Shown piece by piece: positions 1 through 12,995 of a stretch of DNA of 64,000 bases (position 1 is its first letter; each line of letters opens with the position of its first letter). The stretch covers positions 73,904,001-73,968,000 of the forward strand of contig CM069138.1 in the NCBI GenBank assembly GCA_035221665.1, given 5' to 3'. The notes below the pieces were generated by a model. That model did no database searches and was not told the DNA's origin. It saw only the letters and a list, made by a program, of their open reading frames with translations. A program made the position numbers and the translations under genes. This DNA comes from Okamejei kenojei (lineage: Eukaryota).

Positions 1-1283
1 CTGGCTGTTGGATTAGCGTATAATAATTTGACCCGAGTAATAAACTTCTCTCGCAACTTAAAAGTTTCCATAACCGAAAACAAGTAAGACCATTCCACTT
101 GGTCGAAGGCTTTCTCCGCATCTAACGAAATAACTACTAGGACTTTATTAATACCTCTTTTCGAATATATAATATTGAATAAACGTCTCAGGTTATGTGA
201 GGAATATCGTTTTGGTATAAATCCTGTTTGATCGGGGTGAATTAATTCATTAATAACTGTACTTAGCCTTTGTGCTAATATTTTAGTTAATATCTTTTGA
301 TCAGTATTTAAAAGAGCTATAGCTCTAAATGATCCTGAGTCATCCAGATCTTTGTCTATTTTAGCTATAAGTGTTATAATAGATTCAGTTAACGTTTCTG
401 GTAGTTTCTGCTGGGTATAAATATATTCATGGAGTGTCTTCAAGCCTGGTGCAATCAAATCATAAAATGTTTTATAACATTCCGAGCCAATACCATCTGG
501 TCCCGATGTTTTACCATTTTTTAATGATTTGATAGATTCTTCGATTTCTTTTACTGAAATTTCAGCATTTAATGATTCTCTATTTTGTGAATCCAACCCA
601 TTCAGATTAGATTTTTTTTTAAATGCTTCTATTCCTATCCTGTTTTCTGTCATTTTGCTGAGTATAAATTTTTATAATATTGCAAAACTCTCTCATTAAT
701 ATCTTTAGGTTGAACTAGGGGTTCGCCATTATGTGATTTAATCCTGTGGATTATTTTTTCTCCCTCCATCTTCCTTAATTGGTGAGCCAATAATTTTTGA
801 GGTTTATCTCCAAATTCAAACTGTAATTATTTAGTGTAGTGATAGAGTTTAACAACTTGATCTGAATATATTTTATTTAATTTATATTTCAGTGCTGCGA
901 TTTTATTATGTATTGTTATGGATGGATTATCTGCATTCTCTGTATCTAATTGTTTAATCTCCTTTTCCAGTTCCTGTTGATCCCTCCTATTCTTTTTATT
1001 ATAAAATGCTTGAGAAGAAATCATAATTCCACGGACATATGCTTTAAAAGTTTCCCATAATAAGAAGATATTTCCGGTTTATCATTTATTTCAAAGAAAA
1101 TCCTGATCTGTTCTATAATATATTCCTGAGTTTCTTTCTTTTTTAAAAATTGGGGATTAAATCACCATTGTCCCCATTTTTCCATTCTACCATTTATTTT
1201 AATCATAACTGTTAAAGGTGCGTGATCTGAGATTATAATATTATGGTATTTTGAATTATAAGTGAGTGAGATAAGTTTGGCGT
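1..1283 (-). pseudogene. L1 ORF2 fragment (end of APE endonuclease to start of RT), disrupted
   Basis: Encodes ISDHAP, GPDG, RLFNIIY and SLDAEKAFDQVEW. ORF 827..1024 is near-identical to ORF 47078..47308. Confidence 0.92.
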
Positions 1284-1409
1284 CTTGTCGTATGTGACTC
1301 TTAGAGTAGCTGGGTAGTTCAGGCCATATTTCAAGTTTTCCACCCCCCTCAAGAGACTTTTAGTCTCATTAAACGCTTTTTGTTTCCTGGAGACCTCTGC
1401 TGGATACTC

Positions 1410-2264
1410 TCAATAGATGCTGATCTTGTTTCCTTCAAATGTAAGGTTTTTGTTTCTTGATGTTTTTTGCATTATCTCCTCCAAGACGTGGTCGTATTGT
1501 ACTTTTATTATCATTTGTCTTGGGGGAGCATCTGATCTTGTCTGACGTCTCATCACTCTGTGTGCTCGGGCTAGCAAAGGCTTTTGTTCCAGAGATAAAA
1601 CATTTTGCAGTAAATTCGCAGTAAATTCTCGGGGATCTTTATCTTTCTCTCCCCCTTCAGGAATACCCGCAATTCTTAGGTTCTGTCTTCTCTGGCGACC
1701 TTCCAGTTCAGTACATTTCTTGGTTATTTTGGTCAATAAATCCGTTAGACGACCATTTTCTGTGATAAGCTTTGCTGTAGTCTGAGCACTTGTTTCGACT
1801 AGTTCTTCAAGGCTTTTTATGCCAGCCCTCTGTTGGTCCAGTGCCTTCTCCACAGGATTCAGCCTTTCTTCAAAATCAGTTTTCACATTTTTGATCTTAT
1901 CATTCGTCTCCTTTGACATTCCAATCATAATTTCTGCGATTTCTTTCTTCAAATCATCCGATATTTTCTTAGTCTTAGTATCAATGTTGGTATTAATTTC
2001 AAGCTTCAAGTCTTTCATCTCAACATTCATCTGGTTTATTTCTTCCTTTAAACCAGCAATTTCACGTGCAATAAAAGTTTTAAGTTCTTCACTTTCCGAT
2101 TTTTTCGTCGTTTTTTTCGTCATGTCTTCTTGGGATAACGTCCTACCTGAGTCTGAGGCTTCAGTCAGACCTTCCCCCGGTTTCTGCCTGGTAACCCAAC
2201 TTTTCGGTTTCTCGGGTGGGCTGCGCTGTGTAGACATAACAAGTCGTGCGCCTGATGACGTCAC
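1410..2264 (-). pseudogene. L1 ORF1p (coiled coil + RRM), probable Met at 2123
   Basis: Heptad-rich N-half, then RRQNLRIAGIPEG, RAHR and PPRQMIIKV. The stop at 1410-1412 is premature: TGA where the other copy has CGA. Confidence 0.9.
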
Positions 2265-2865
2265 TCACAGCAATCGGTGCAGAGACAGCAGGCAGCAGGC
2301 AGCAGGCAGCAGGTAGGTCCGTTAATCCCCGATTTTTCACCATTTTTTACGAGGAGCTGGCTGGCGTTAACCTCTAGCCCTCCATAGCGCCACCTAATTA
2401 TGACCTTATGATCATGGGACCTATAAAATGTATCTAAAAGAAAATAGTGAACTAAATTGTGAATTAATTCATTGACCTGGAATTCCACTGGTATTTTCCA
2501 TTATGTCCTGAATGGCTTCAAATTAGTTCTCTGTCAAATTGTTACCATTTTTAAATATTCACATGGTTTTGGCAAGAGTAACCTTAAGAAGATTGCTCCC
2601 TGTGCAGCAATGATATTTCAATTACAGATCATACTCACATTAAAAATGTATAGAACTATGAATGTATAAATTGAATGACAGTATGAATCTAAAGAAACCC
2701 AGGCACTGTTTTCTTTTTTGTGCTCCCTGGATATATTTCATGAATAGAGTTTACGTTTGAAATTTAAAAAAGGTAATTTCTCCTTTACTAATACATTGAA
2801 GTCTTGTAGTGGACTTGTACATACAGAAGGGTGCATGGTCACCACTCCACCTCCGCATGCAAACA

Positions 2866-2941
2866 TGTGCATGCACACACAGACACACGCACACACAGAC
2901 ACACATAGACACACGCACACGCACACAAACTCTCACACACA
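2866..2941. repeat. Imperfect (CA)n microsatellite
   Basis: Seen directly: cacacacagacacacgcacacacagac... Confidence 0.9.
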
Positions 2942-3884
2942 GGCCCCTGTTACCTCCATCAATCACCTCCCAGTCCATTGCTTTTTCCACCCTCTCTCCC
3001 TCACACGACCATCCACCAACCTACCCCTCTTCTCCTGGATCCATATATAATTGCCAGCTCGTGCACCACCTCCCTCACCTATTTGCACTGGCTGACTGCT
3101 CTCTGCTAATTCAGTCCAGAGGAAAAGTCAAGATCTGAATTGTGACGGTCCAATTCCCTCTACAAATGCTGCCAGACCCTCCAGCGGTTTGTTTTATGCT
3201 CAGATTCCAGCAGCTGCTGTCTCTTGCATCTCCATGAAAAATCCTTAACATACAGCTGGGGACCTCTGGCCATCTGACCACTCAGAATGGAGAGGGTGCG
3301 TGGGAGAAGGCACTGAGCATTGTGAATGGTTTTTGACATGAGTGCAAGAGTCCAAGTGAAAACAGGGTTAGGGGAGAGCATTCCCACATTACTCATGGCA
3401 ATTCTTTCAGGTATGCCCTTCCCCAACCACGGCAGAATCAGAAAGGTTCACGTCAGCCTCATCAGATAACTCAGAACACAAATAAATTAATCAAGTGGTC
3501 TTTATGTAGGCACATGGATATGCAGGGAACATAGGGATATGGATCATTTGCAGGCAGGTAGGATTAGTTTACCTTAACTTTATGTTGGGTACAGATATTG
3601 TAGGCCAAAGTGCTTGTTGCTGTGCTGTACTTTCCTACGTTCTATGTAGCACAAGTCATCCGCAATCCTGAGGAATTTTAAGAGAAGCACACCCTTTAGG
3701 CACTTGTGAATGAACCCCCGACCTACTGACCTTACTTATGCAGAGCAGAGACGTCCAGCCTTTATTGCCTTGTAAAAGCTTGTGCACTTCCAGTGATCCT
3801 TCCAGGTTGCTGCCATAACTAGCAGGAAGGCCATTCTGCCCATCGAATGTATGCCAGCTCCCAGTGCAATGCCATCAATCTGCA

Positions 3885-4211
3885 AATCTGCAAATGCAGA
3901 ACATCTTGGACAATTTAGCTCACCCCCTCCATGACACACTGGTCAACCTGAGGAGTACCTTCAGCAATAGATTGGTTCCACCAAGATGCAGCACAGAACG
4001 CCACAGGAGATCCTTTTTCCCTGTGGCTATCAAACTGTACATATCCTCCCCCTTCAGTCGCAGGGTAGACTGAGTCCCCCCCCCCCCAATCTTTGCACAT
4101 CACCAATCCTTTCCACTCTTCATTTTAATGTCATTTTTCATGTATTTGTGTTTTATGATTGTTGACAGATCAATTTCAATAAAATTATATTGTATCGTAT
4201 CATATCGGTAT
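3885..4211 (+). mobile_element. Rex1/Babar-type LINE 3' end
   Basis: ILDNLAHPLH...RCSTERHRRSFFPVAIKLY C-terminal motif, then AATAAA and a (YGTAT)n tail. Confidence 0.75.
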
Positions 4212-6189
4212 GCTCCACTTATTTCCCAGCAGCTTATCCCTCTCCTGTGCCCTTTACTCTCTCTCGATTGTCCCATCACTCACCCACACAAGAGAAGCAA
4301 TTTACAGCAATAATTTAACCTACTGACCGATGTGTCTTTGGGTTGCGGGAGGAATCTCACTCGCTCTCGGTTGAGAACATGCAAACTTCACATCGGCAGC
4401 TCTGGATGTCAAGTCGCTAAAGCTGCACGATAGGAACACTGTGTAGGAAGGAACTGCAGATGCTGGTTTACACCGAAGATAGACACAAAACGCTGGAGTA
4501 ACTCAGTGGCACAGGCAGCCTCTCAAGATAGAAGGAATGGGTGAGGTCTCGGGTCGAGACCCTGATTCAGACTACCTGCTGCACCACTGTGTGATGGCAC
4601 AGTTGCAAGATTGCCAGCCGATCACTGCAGGAGCTGAGGAAAACCTGACCATCACTTCATCCCTCTCCAACCATAGTGTGACAAGCTCCCTCCCTCCACA
4701 CGGGTTTTATCTGTCACCAAGTTGGAGTCAAGTCTGAACTGCATGAGTGCCACCGACAAATTGTTGGACAAATCAGGGGGACCCTCCCCCATAAATGTCA
4801 TTATTTTGCTCCCTAACCATCTGCTCTGTAATGTTACACACAAAGGCATGTTATTCCAAAGTGAGAGTTGTGAAGTACAATGAATGAGTGATATCACAGA
4901 TGCTGCAGTGTTCGATGCCTGAGCTGTGAAACATGGACAGAGCAGAAGAGAAACAGCCAAACTGTTCAGGTGAATTCATAAACCATCAACTTGGATCCTA
5001 CTTTCTTTGGAGGAATATTTTCTCATTCCTGGCACCAGCTATCAATGTTTTCCAGTCGTTCTCAGCTCTTTTCTTACATTCAGTATTCTGACAGTTTATT
5101 GCCAAGTTTAACCCAGAGCCATCATTGTATTTTTTGAATTTAATCGCTTCTGTATAATAGGGATGTTTTCATCTTTTGTTCACATCAGATTGCTTAATGA
5201 ATGATTATACCCATAGTGTTACAAAGCTTTACAAAATGGTTATTTCTGCCTGCAGTTTTCCAAAATGCTGACATAAGAATAACATTCCTGGCAAATATAA
5301 TAAGATATGTCTTATGAATAAAGCATTATTATCCAGGGATAATTATGTTAAAGACACCACAGGAGTTGAATTATTATGTATGTGGGTGTAGGCCACACAC
5401 AATTTTTGAGGTAGTACCTCTTCCACACAATCTGCCAGTGTGAACCTTATACAGATTAGTGTAATGGAGCCAAAGAGCGATAGAGTCAGGCTGCACAGAA
5501 ACAGGCCCTTCGGTCCAACTCGTCCATGAGACCAAGATCCATCATCTAAGCTGGTTCCATTTGCTTGCATTTGGCCCATATCCATTGAAACCTTTCCTAT
5601 CCATGTAACTGCCTACAACTCAAGCCTTCAAGTCCTGGCAACATCCTTAGTGCACAGACACATGATCAAGTATTGTGGGTGACTAGCATCAGATGAAACT
5701 TGCTAGATGTTGATTAAATCTAACCTGCGACTCTCAAAGAGGAAGACAAACATAAAATACTGCAAATAGCAGAATAAAAGTTATTATTTTGGGCCAGTGC
5801 CCTTTATCAGAACTGGGAAACTGGATATATAATTACTTTATGTTGGCCAATAAAAAATTGTGTGTTTCCAACAATTTTAGTTGTTAGATGCCCCTATCAA
5901 AATTCTCAAATTTGATAGGATAGATAGGGAGATGATGTTTCCCCTAGCTGAGGATCAGAACTTGGGGTCAGTCTCTCAAAATTAGAGTTGGTCGTATAAG
6001 AAGCATTTCTTCATTCGAAGAATGTTGGATTTTGAATTTATTTTCTCTAGAGGGCTGAGATGTCCGTCAATTATCCAAAAGCTTTAAAGCGACTTCCAGC
6101 AGTGATTATTGTGGTGCTGCCTCCTCGTAGATTTGGACCCATGATATTATTCATGACATAGATTGAAGGAATATCAATGGCTGGAAGTA

Positions 6190-6540
6190 CAATGGATAGA
6201 CTGGATGTTTCCACTAGTGGGAGAGTCTAGGACTAGAGGTCAGAGCCTTAGAATTAAAGGACGTTCTTTTAGGAAGGAGATGAGGAGGAATTTCTGTAGT
6301 CGGAGGGTGTTGAATCTGTGGAATTCTTTGCCACAGAAGGCTGTGGAGGCCAAATCAGTGGATATTTTTATCGCAGAGGTAGATAATTCTTGATTAGCAC
6401 AGGTGTCAGAGGTTATGGGGAGAAGGCAGGAGAATGTGGTTATGAGGGAGAGATAGATCAACCATGATTGAATGGCAGAGTAGACTTGATGGGCCGAATG
6501 GCCTAATCCTACTATTCCTTATGACCTTATAACCTTATGA
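6190..6540 (+). mobile_element. CR1/HER-type LINE 3' end
   Basis: MFPLVGESRTRG.SLRIKGR.F...LWNSLPQKAVEA, the GGGCCGAATGGCC 3' hairpin and a (CTTATGAC)n-like tail. Confidence 0.88.
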
Positions 6541-7266
6541 AGCATGAGTTTTATGCATGACCTACGTCATAATCCATGGAATAATCATACACACTAATCC
6601 CAGAGCACAGTTCACAGTGCAATCCAATTTCTCTCCCAATTGTTTACCATTTTGGATCACAAACATATTTAAACTTCATATTTCACAGTTTCATATTTCA
6701 CATAACTGCATTAAGCAGTTCAAGAATGCTTATTAATCATATTAAGGTATTTGCTAAAATAAATAATAAAAATATATTGATTAACAGTTTAAAATAAGAA
6801 AGGTCACACACTGTACAGCTGGGATTTTTACTGCTATATGAATGCATTAACCTTTACCACTATTCTTCCTGGAGAACACTCCAGAGGGCCAACCTAACAG
6901 CGATTAGCAGGTCCTTATGGTCCATTGCACTAACCATCTGACAAAATCTGAAGTCCAGTGGTCCATGTAAACAGAAATGACAGTGCATTTAAAAATCACC
7001 AGTCAAATTGGGACATTTCCAGCTGTTTACCAAATCCATCTGTAGGTGATGGTTCTGATTGAAATTTAAATACCGTGAGTCAATGCTTTAATATTCTCTA
7101 TTTATGAGAGGGAAGAAATCGTCTTCCATTTTCTTCCCAAAATATTCCAAAGCACTTCATAAGCAATGATTTTTGCTTTTGAAGTGCTTTTGAAATGTAG
7201 CTATTGGAAGGTAAGGAATGCAGCAGAATTGTAGAAGTAGGTCCCAAGTTGTGAAATAGGTATATA

Positions 7267-7554
7267 CTGTGGCGCAGCGGTAGAGTTGCTGCTATCAGCG
7301 CGTACAGCGCTGGAGACCTGGGTTTGATCCCCACTACGGGTGCTGTCTGTACGGAGTTTGTACGTTCTTCCTGTGACCGCGTGAGTTTTCTCCGAGATCT
7401 TCAGTTTCCTCCCACACTCCAAAGACGTACATGTTTGTGTAACGTGTCCCTAGTTTGTGTAGGATAGTATTAATATGCGGAGATCGCTGGTTGGTGCAGA
7501 CCCGGTGGGGCAAAGGGCCTGTTGCCGCGCTGTATCTCTAAAGCTAAAACTAAA
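7267..7554 (+). mobile_element. HE1-like tRNA-derived SINE
   Basis: A box TGGCGCAGCGG, B-box-like GGTTTGATCC, core GAGTTTGTACGTTCT...CCTCCCACACTCCAAAGAC, CR1-like tail ending (CTAAA)n. Confidence 0.88.
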
Positions 7555-8269
7555 TCAGTTGACCATCGAGTTCAATGTTGCCAGTTGTGCAGTCTTTGTT
7601 GGTGAGGCCGAGTAATGCTGAGAAGACCAAGTCCTGGAGGCACAGGCGCGGGGACAGTGGGACGCAGGAAGGACGCTGTGGCAGGTGTAGATGCTGAGAT
7701 CTTCCTACAATATCCAGCTCAGATCCCATCAGCTGCCTTTAGAGTTGATACAGTCTCTTTTAGTCAAACACACCAGTCTGTTGTACCCTAGGCACTGGCC
7801 TCCTGCTCTCTTGCAGGAATGCCTCGGTAGGTCCTTTCATAGAGTTCTCATGTTGCTTTCTTTGGACAACACTGTTTCCGATAGCCCAGTGCAAGAACAG
7901 TTTAATACCTCCTCCAAAAAATGTAGCGCTCTTTCTGATCTTCACTAATAAAACAGCCTACGTTTATGTTCTCAAGTCCTTAACGTGGAACAAAAATCAA
8001 ATCTCCCAAATGAAAAGAAATAAAGGTAGCGTCACAGCTGAAATTTTAGCAAATGAAATAGCAAAAACCAAAGTCAAAATAGTGAAACCGTTCTGGAGAA
8101 TTGAGATGAAAGAAAATGTGTTTTTCTTTCAATGCAGTAAATGCTATGTGTTAATGCTTTATATGTCTCAATCCAAGTATTATAGTTGAATAGTTAAACA
8201 GAATAATTTACCCTCTTTATTTGTCCTCTGAATTAGAGATATAGGCTGCTGTTATAGTCCAGTCCAAGT

Positions 8270-8582
8270 TAGAGTCATACAGTGTGGAAACAGGCCCTTC
8301 GGCCCAACTTGCCCATCCCAGCTACACTAGTCCCACCTGCCTGCATTTGGTCCATATCCCTCCAAACCTGTCCTATCCATGTACCTGTCTAACTGTTTCT
8401 TAAATGTTGGGATAGTCCCTGCCCCAATTACCTCCTCTGGCAGCTTGTTCCATACACCCATAGTGCGAGAAAGTTATTCTTCAGATTCCTATTAAATCTT
8501 TTCCCCTTCCCCTATGTCCACTGGTCATCGATTCACCTACTCTGGGCAAAATACTCTGTGCATCTACCCGACCTCTTCATCT
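8270..8582 (-). mobile_element. CR1 LINE 3' fragment
   Basis: Homologous to 12590-12995 and to the reverse complement of 17720-17970. Confidence 0.8.
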
Positions 8583-9193
8583 CATGATGCCCAGATAAGG
8601 TAGTGGTGTGTCTTTCCCTTGACCTATACACTGCAGATGAAAACGTAATTATCCTGCGTTTCACCAACGAGTGCCCTCCAGTTGCCGGCACTGCAGAGGA
8701 GCACCAGGGCCAATGTTGAAGCACCGGCAAGAAAGCCCTGGTCAATACTGGGATGGTGCCACAGCAACACCTGAGTTGACTTCAGAGCACCACTGCAGGA
8801 GCATCCAGGCAGATATCAGGCGAGTTCCTAGTCTGATATCGGGACAGCACTGAGAAACCGTCTGCCCCCACCACAGTTCATTTACATGTTGTTTTTCCTT
8901 ACCAGCTTATTAATGCAAATTGCTATCTCATAGAAACATAGAAACAGAAAATAGGTGCAGAAGTATGCCAGTCGGCCCTTCGAGCCAGCACCGCCATTCA
9001 ATATGATCATGGGTGATTATCCAGAATCAATTCGACAGATCCACAACTCTCTGGGTGAAAATGTTTTTCCTCATCTCAGTACTAAATGGCCTACCCCTTA
9101 TTCTTAACCTGTAACCTGGATGCCAACAAGAGGTGGGGTACTCATTGGAGTTGAGGTGGCATACACTTCCATGGTCTTTAGTATTATTGATTA

Positions 9194-11374
9194 CTAGACT
9201 AAGTGGACCCATTGGGTCCCAGCATCACATGGTCCTCCAACGCAATATTCCACCTCTCCACCAATTCTAATATTGGTGGCCATTGGGGGGGGGTGGGGGA
9301 GGAGGCTTTCTGGAGCGCTAGTATGGGTGTTGTGCGCTGAAAGGACTGGTTTCCAGTGGGCTAGTATGAACATTGTGGGCCGAATGGATTATTGGGCTGG
9401 CGGCTCAGTCACTCAAGCCTGTTGTGCTGGCAGCTCACTCACTCACGGTTGCTGGGCTTGCAGTTGACTCATGCCTATTCCTTGAAATTCCATTTCAAGC
9501 AGGGTGCAAGGGCACCCAATTCAAGTGCCGTTTCATACCATTACAAGCAGGGTGCAAGGCCACTAAAGACAGTGAGTCGTGACCTCTCCCTCCTCCATAT
9601 TGCAGAGACTGAGCCATGCCCACACCTCCGGGTTTTATAGTCCCTCCTCCCTCCCACCAGAATGGGCATGGCCTTCATGGCGTGATTGACAGGAGAGAGA
9701 ATCTCAACATTTTTTAATCACTAATAACTCTTTTCTTTTTCAACGATGGGAAAAATCCTCGGCACCTGATGAGCAGAGGGGGACTCTGAGTAGGCCAAGA
9801 ATCACAGCCGTATGTGGTAGTGTTTTTCCTAAAGTCAATATAAAGCGCAAACAGGAGATGGTCAAGATTAGACTTTTAATTATATAGAAGGCAAGGCAGC
9901 TCTAATTAGGCAAGGCAGCTCTAATTAGGCGAAGCTGCTCTAATTCGGCAAGGCAGCTCTAATTAGGCAAGGCAGTTCGCGTTAGCACTTTCAAAACCAA
10001 AGGCAAGGCAGTTCACTTTAGCACTTTCACAACCAAAGGCAAGGCAGTTCGCTATAGCACTTTCAAAATCAAAGGCAAGGCAGTTCGCTTTAGCACTTTC
10101 AAAACAAAAGGCAAGGCAGTTCGCTATAGCACTTTCAAAACCAAAGGCAAGGCAGTTCACTTTAGCACTTTCAAAACCAAAGGCAAGGCTGCTCGCTTTA
10201 GCACTTTCAAAACCGAAGGCAAGGCAGCTCGCTTTAGCACTGTCAAAACCAAAGGCAAGGCAGCTTACTTTAGCACATTCAAAACCAAAGGCAACGCAGC
10301 TCGCTTTAGCACTTTCAAAACCAAAGGCAACATAGCTTGCTTTAGCAGTTTCAAAACCAAAGGCAACACAGCTTTAGCACTTTCAAACCAAAACACACTT
10401 TTGTATTTTCAAAGTACATTTTCAAACCACGTTAAGGACACTGACAGATCTGTAAAACCACGCACAGTTTAGTAGACATGTGTTCAGTGTTATTCACAGC
10501 TCAGACTGAGAATTGCGACCTCTCGCTTCCCCCATCTTGCAGAGAACTGAGGCACCTCCACACTTCTGGGTTTTAAAGTCGGTCCGGAAGGGGCGTGGCT
10601 TTCAGGAGAGAGAATCTCAACACTTTTTAAACACTAATTACTCTTTTATTTTTCATCGATGGGAAACATCCTCGGCACCTGATGAGCGGAGGGGGACTCT
10701 GAGTTAGATGGCCGAAAATCACAGCCGTACGTGGTAGCATGTTTTCTAAAATCAATATAAAGCGCAAACAGGAAGTGGTCAAGATTAGAATTTTAATTAT
10801 ATAGAATTAGGCAAGGCAGCTCTAATTAGGCAAGGCAGCTCTAATTAGGCAAGGCAGCTTGCTTTAACACTTTCAAAACCAAAGGCAACACAGCTTGTTT
10901 TAGCGCTCAAAACCAAAAGCAACACAGCTTGCATTAGCACTTTCAAAACCAAAGGCAATGTAGCTTGCTTTAGCACTTTCAAAACCAAAGGCAACGCAAC
11001 TTTAGCACTTTCAAACCAAAACACACTTTCAAACTACATTAGAAAACCCATTAAGGGCACTGGCAGGTCAGTAAAACCACTCACAGTTTAGTAGAAATGT
11101 GTTCAGTGTTATTCACAGCTCAGACTGAGAATTGCGACCTATCGCTCCCCCCATCTTGCAGAGAACTGAGAAACTTCTGGGTTTTATAGTCCCCCTGGAA
11201 GGAGCGTGGCCTTCAGGAGAGAGAATCTCAACATTTTTTAAACATTAATAACTCTTTCATTTTTAATTGATGGGAAAAATCCTCTTGTCCTGCGCAGCGG
11301 AGGGGACTGAGTAAGAAGGCCAAAAATCACAGCCAAAAATCACGTGGTCAAGATCAGACTTTTAGTAATATAGA
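9194..11374 (-). mobile_element. Non-autonomous Helitron, composite
   Basis: Minus strand begins A|TCTATATTACTAAAAG at 11374 and ends GGGACCCAATGGGTCC hairpin + ACTTAGTCTAG|T at 9194. Inserted between A and T with no TSD. Confidence 0.88.
9889..10392. repeat. 19-bp then 36-bp minisatellite inside the Helitron; shorter array at 10809-11020
   Basis: AGGCAAGGCAGCTCTAATT about 4 times, then AGGCAAGGCAGTTCGCTTTAGCACTTTCAAAACCAA about 11-12 times. Confidence 0.95.
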
Positions 11375-11760
11375 TGTGATCCTGACTAACCAACACCAAA
11401 TCCCTGCATTCCCTCCCAATCCATTCTCCATCGTAAAGTTTTCACAGTGGGTGAGGTTTATTAATTATTTGTTTTGTATTTATTTGTACTCATTCGTTCA
11501 AAATGTTCAAAGCAAGATTTCCCTTCACACAGTGTAAGATGGCTCAACCTGCTGGGTATTTTCAGCATCCCCTGCCTTCTTGGTGTCCCACGCCACTGTT
11601 CCTAAATCTAATGCCCTACCTCTTGTTTATAAGTTCATTTTCATCCTTTACCATGCCATCATTTATAGTTTGCGACAGGATACAGAATTATAGTGAGAAA
11701 GTTGAGAGTATGAAGTCCTAACTTCCAAAATCCACTTGGATGTTTGCGTCCTGATATATT

Positions 11761-11957
11761 TTAGTTTAGTTCAGAGATACAGCGCAGAAACAGGCCCTTC
11801 GGCCCACCAAGTCTGTACTGACTAGCGATCCCCACACACTAAACACTACTCTACACACACTAGGGACAATTTACGCTTATACCAAGCCACTTAACCTTTA
11901 TACCTGTACGTCTTTGGAGTGTGGGAGAAAACCGAAGATCTCGGAGAAAACCCATGG
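11761..11957 (-). mobile_element. HE1-like SINE, 3' half
   Basis: Reverse complement of the tail and core of the 7267 copy. Confidence 0.85.
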
Positions 11958-12589
11958 GTTAATGGGGAGTTTCTTACTCGTTCATGAGATGTGGTCATCG
12001 GTGGTGAGACTAGCTTTTACTTCACAAACCCAGTTGGCCTTGAGAAAGCAATGGACGGCTCTTTTCTTAAATGTGTTGCAGGAGCTCTGTCTTTGCTGCC
12101 TCTGTTTCACAAGGCAGGCTGGCATAGAGTTGTACCATCTGCTGCCCAATGATGTGAGGGCAATATCATGATCGGGGATGGTACTTCCCGAGAATTGAAG
12201 CTTGCCCATTTCATGTGGTTTTCATGCCACCACATTCTTCCAAGCCAATCCAGGAGACATCTCTCGCATCAGGCAGTCTCCAGTGTGTTTTTTGAATTAG
12301 AGAATGACAACTGTTCCATTGGCAGAGGGCTGCAGCTTCGCCAACTTTCCGCTGGACAAAAGACAACACCTGAACAGGAATTCCAGCTCTCAGCAGATGG
12401 CAAAGTGCACTCGAGTACAAAGAATCACAGATGGAATCCAAGTGCCCATCTTTACTCTTCATAGTATCAGTGGCCTTCATGAAGAGAGAGGGTTTGTCAT
12501 ATTATATCCCCTTCTGTTGTGACAATGATCCTCTCGAATATCAGCAGCCTGAACTCCACCAGGTATTGTTCATCTTAGACTCATAGTAG

Positions 12590-12995
12590 AGTTGTAGAGT
12601 GATACAGTGTGGAAACAGGCCCTTCTGCCCAACTTGCCCACACCGGACAACTAGTCCCAACTGCCTGCACTTGGTCCATATCCCTCCAAACCCTGTCCTA
12701 GCCATGCACCTGTCATCTGTTTCTTAAATGTTGGGATAGTCCCAATCTCAACTACCTCATCTGGCAGCTTGTTCCATAAACCCACCATCCTTTGTGTGAA
12801 AAAGTTACCTCTGATTCCTATTAAAAATGTTTCCCCTTTACCTTGAACCTATGTCCTCTGATCCTCAATTCCCCTACTCTGGGCACGAGACTCTGTGCAT
12901 TACCCAATCTATTCCTCTCATGATTTTGTACAACTCTATAAGATCACCCCTCATCCTCCTGTGCTCCAGGGAATAGAATCCCAGCCTACTCAATC
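12590..12995 (-). mobile_element. CR1 LINE 3' fragment
   Basis: GGAAACAGGCCCTT...CCAACTTGCCCACAC tail and decayed ORF2 end. Confidence 0.8.

Larger units (their letters stand above)
1..2394 (-). mobile_element. L1 LINE, 5' half with internal deletion; continues past the window start
   Basis: CpG-rich 5' end starting GGTGGCGCTATGG at 2394, then ORF1 and ORF2 remnants. Colinear with the plus-strand L1 at 45038-50242. Confidence 0.93.

Noticed and set aside
1819-2316. 165-aa hydrophobic ORF; likewise 56893..57303
   Set aside because: Antisense shadows of L1 ORF1 and CR1 RT.
2738-3138. Overlapping Cys/Val- and His/Thr-rich ORFs
   Set aside because: Translations of the (CA)n microsatellite.
5407-5420. 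TGAGGTAGTA, matching the let-7 5' end
   Set aside because: Diverges after 10 nt; only a tiny local hairpin and no pre-miRNA stem.
7267-7335. tRNA-like A/B boxes here and in other copies
   Set aside because: These are SINE heads, not tRNA genes: no complete cloverleaf, and they continue into SINE core.
9965-10392. 36-bp repeats resembling a CRISPR array; repetitive ORF 9963..10160
   Set aside because: Units are head-to-tail with no unique spacers, no cas genes and a eukaryotic context. The ORF is a by-product of a period divisible by 3.
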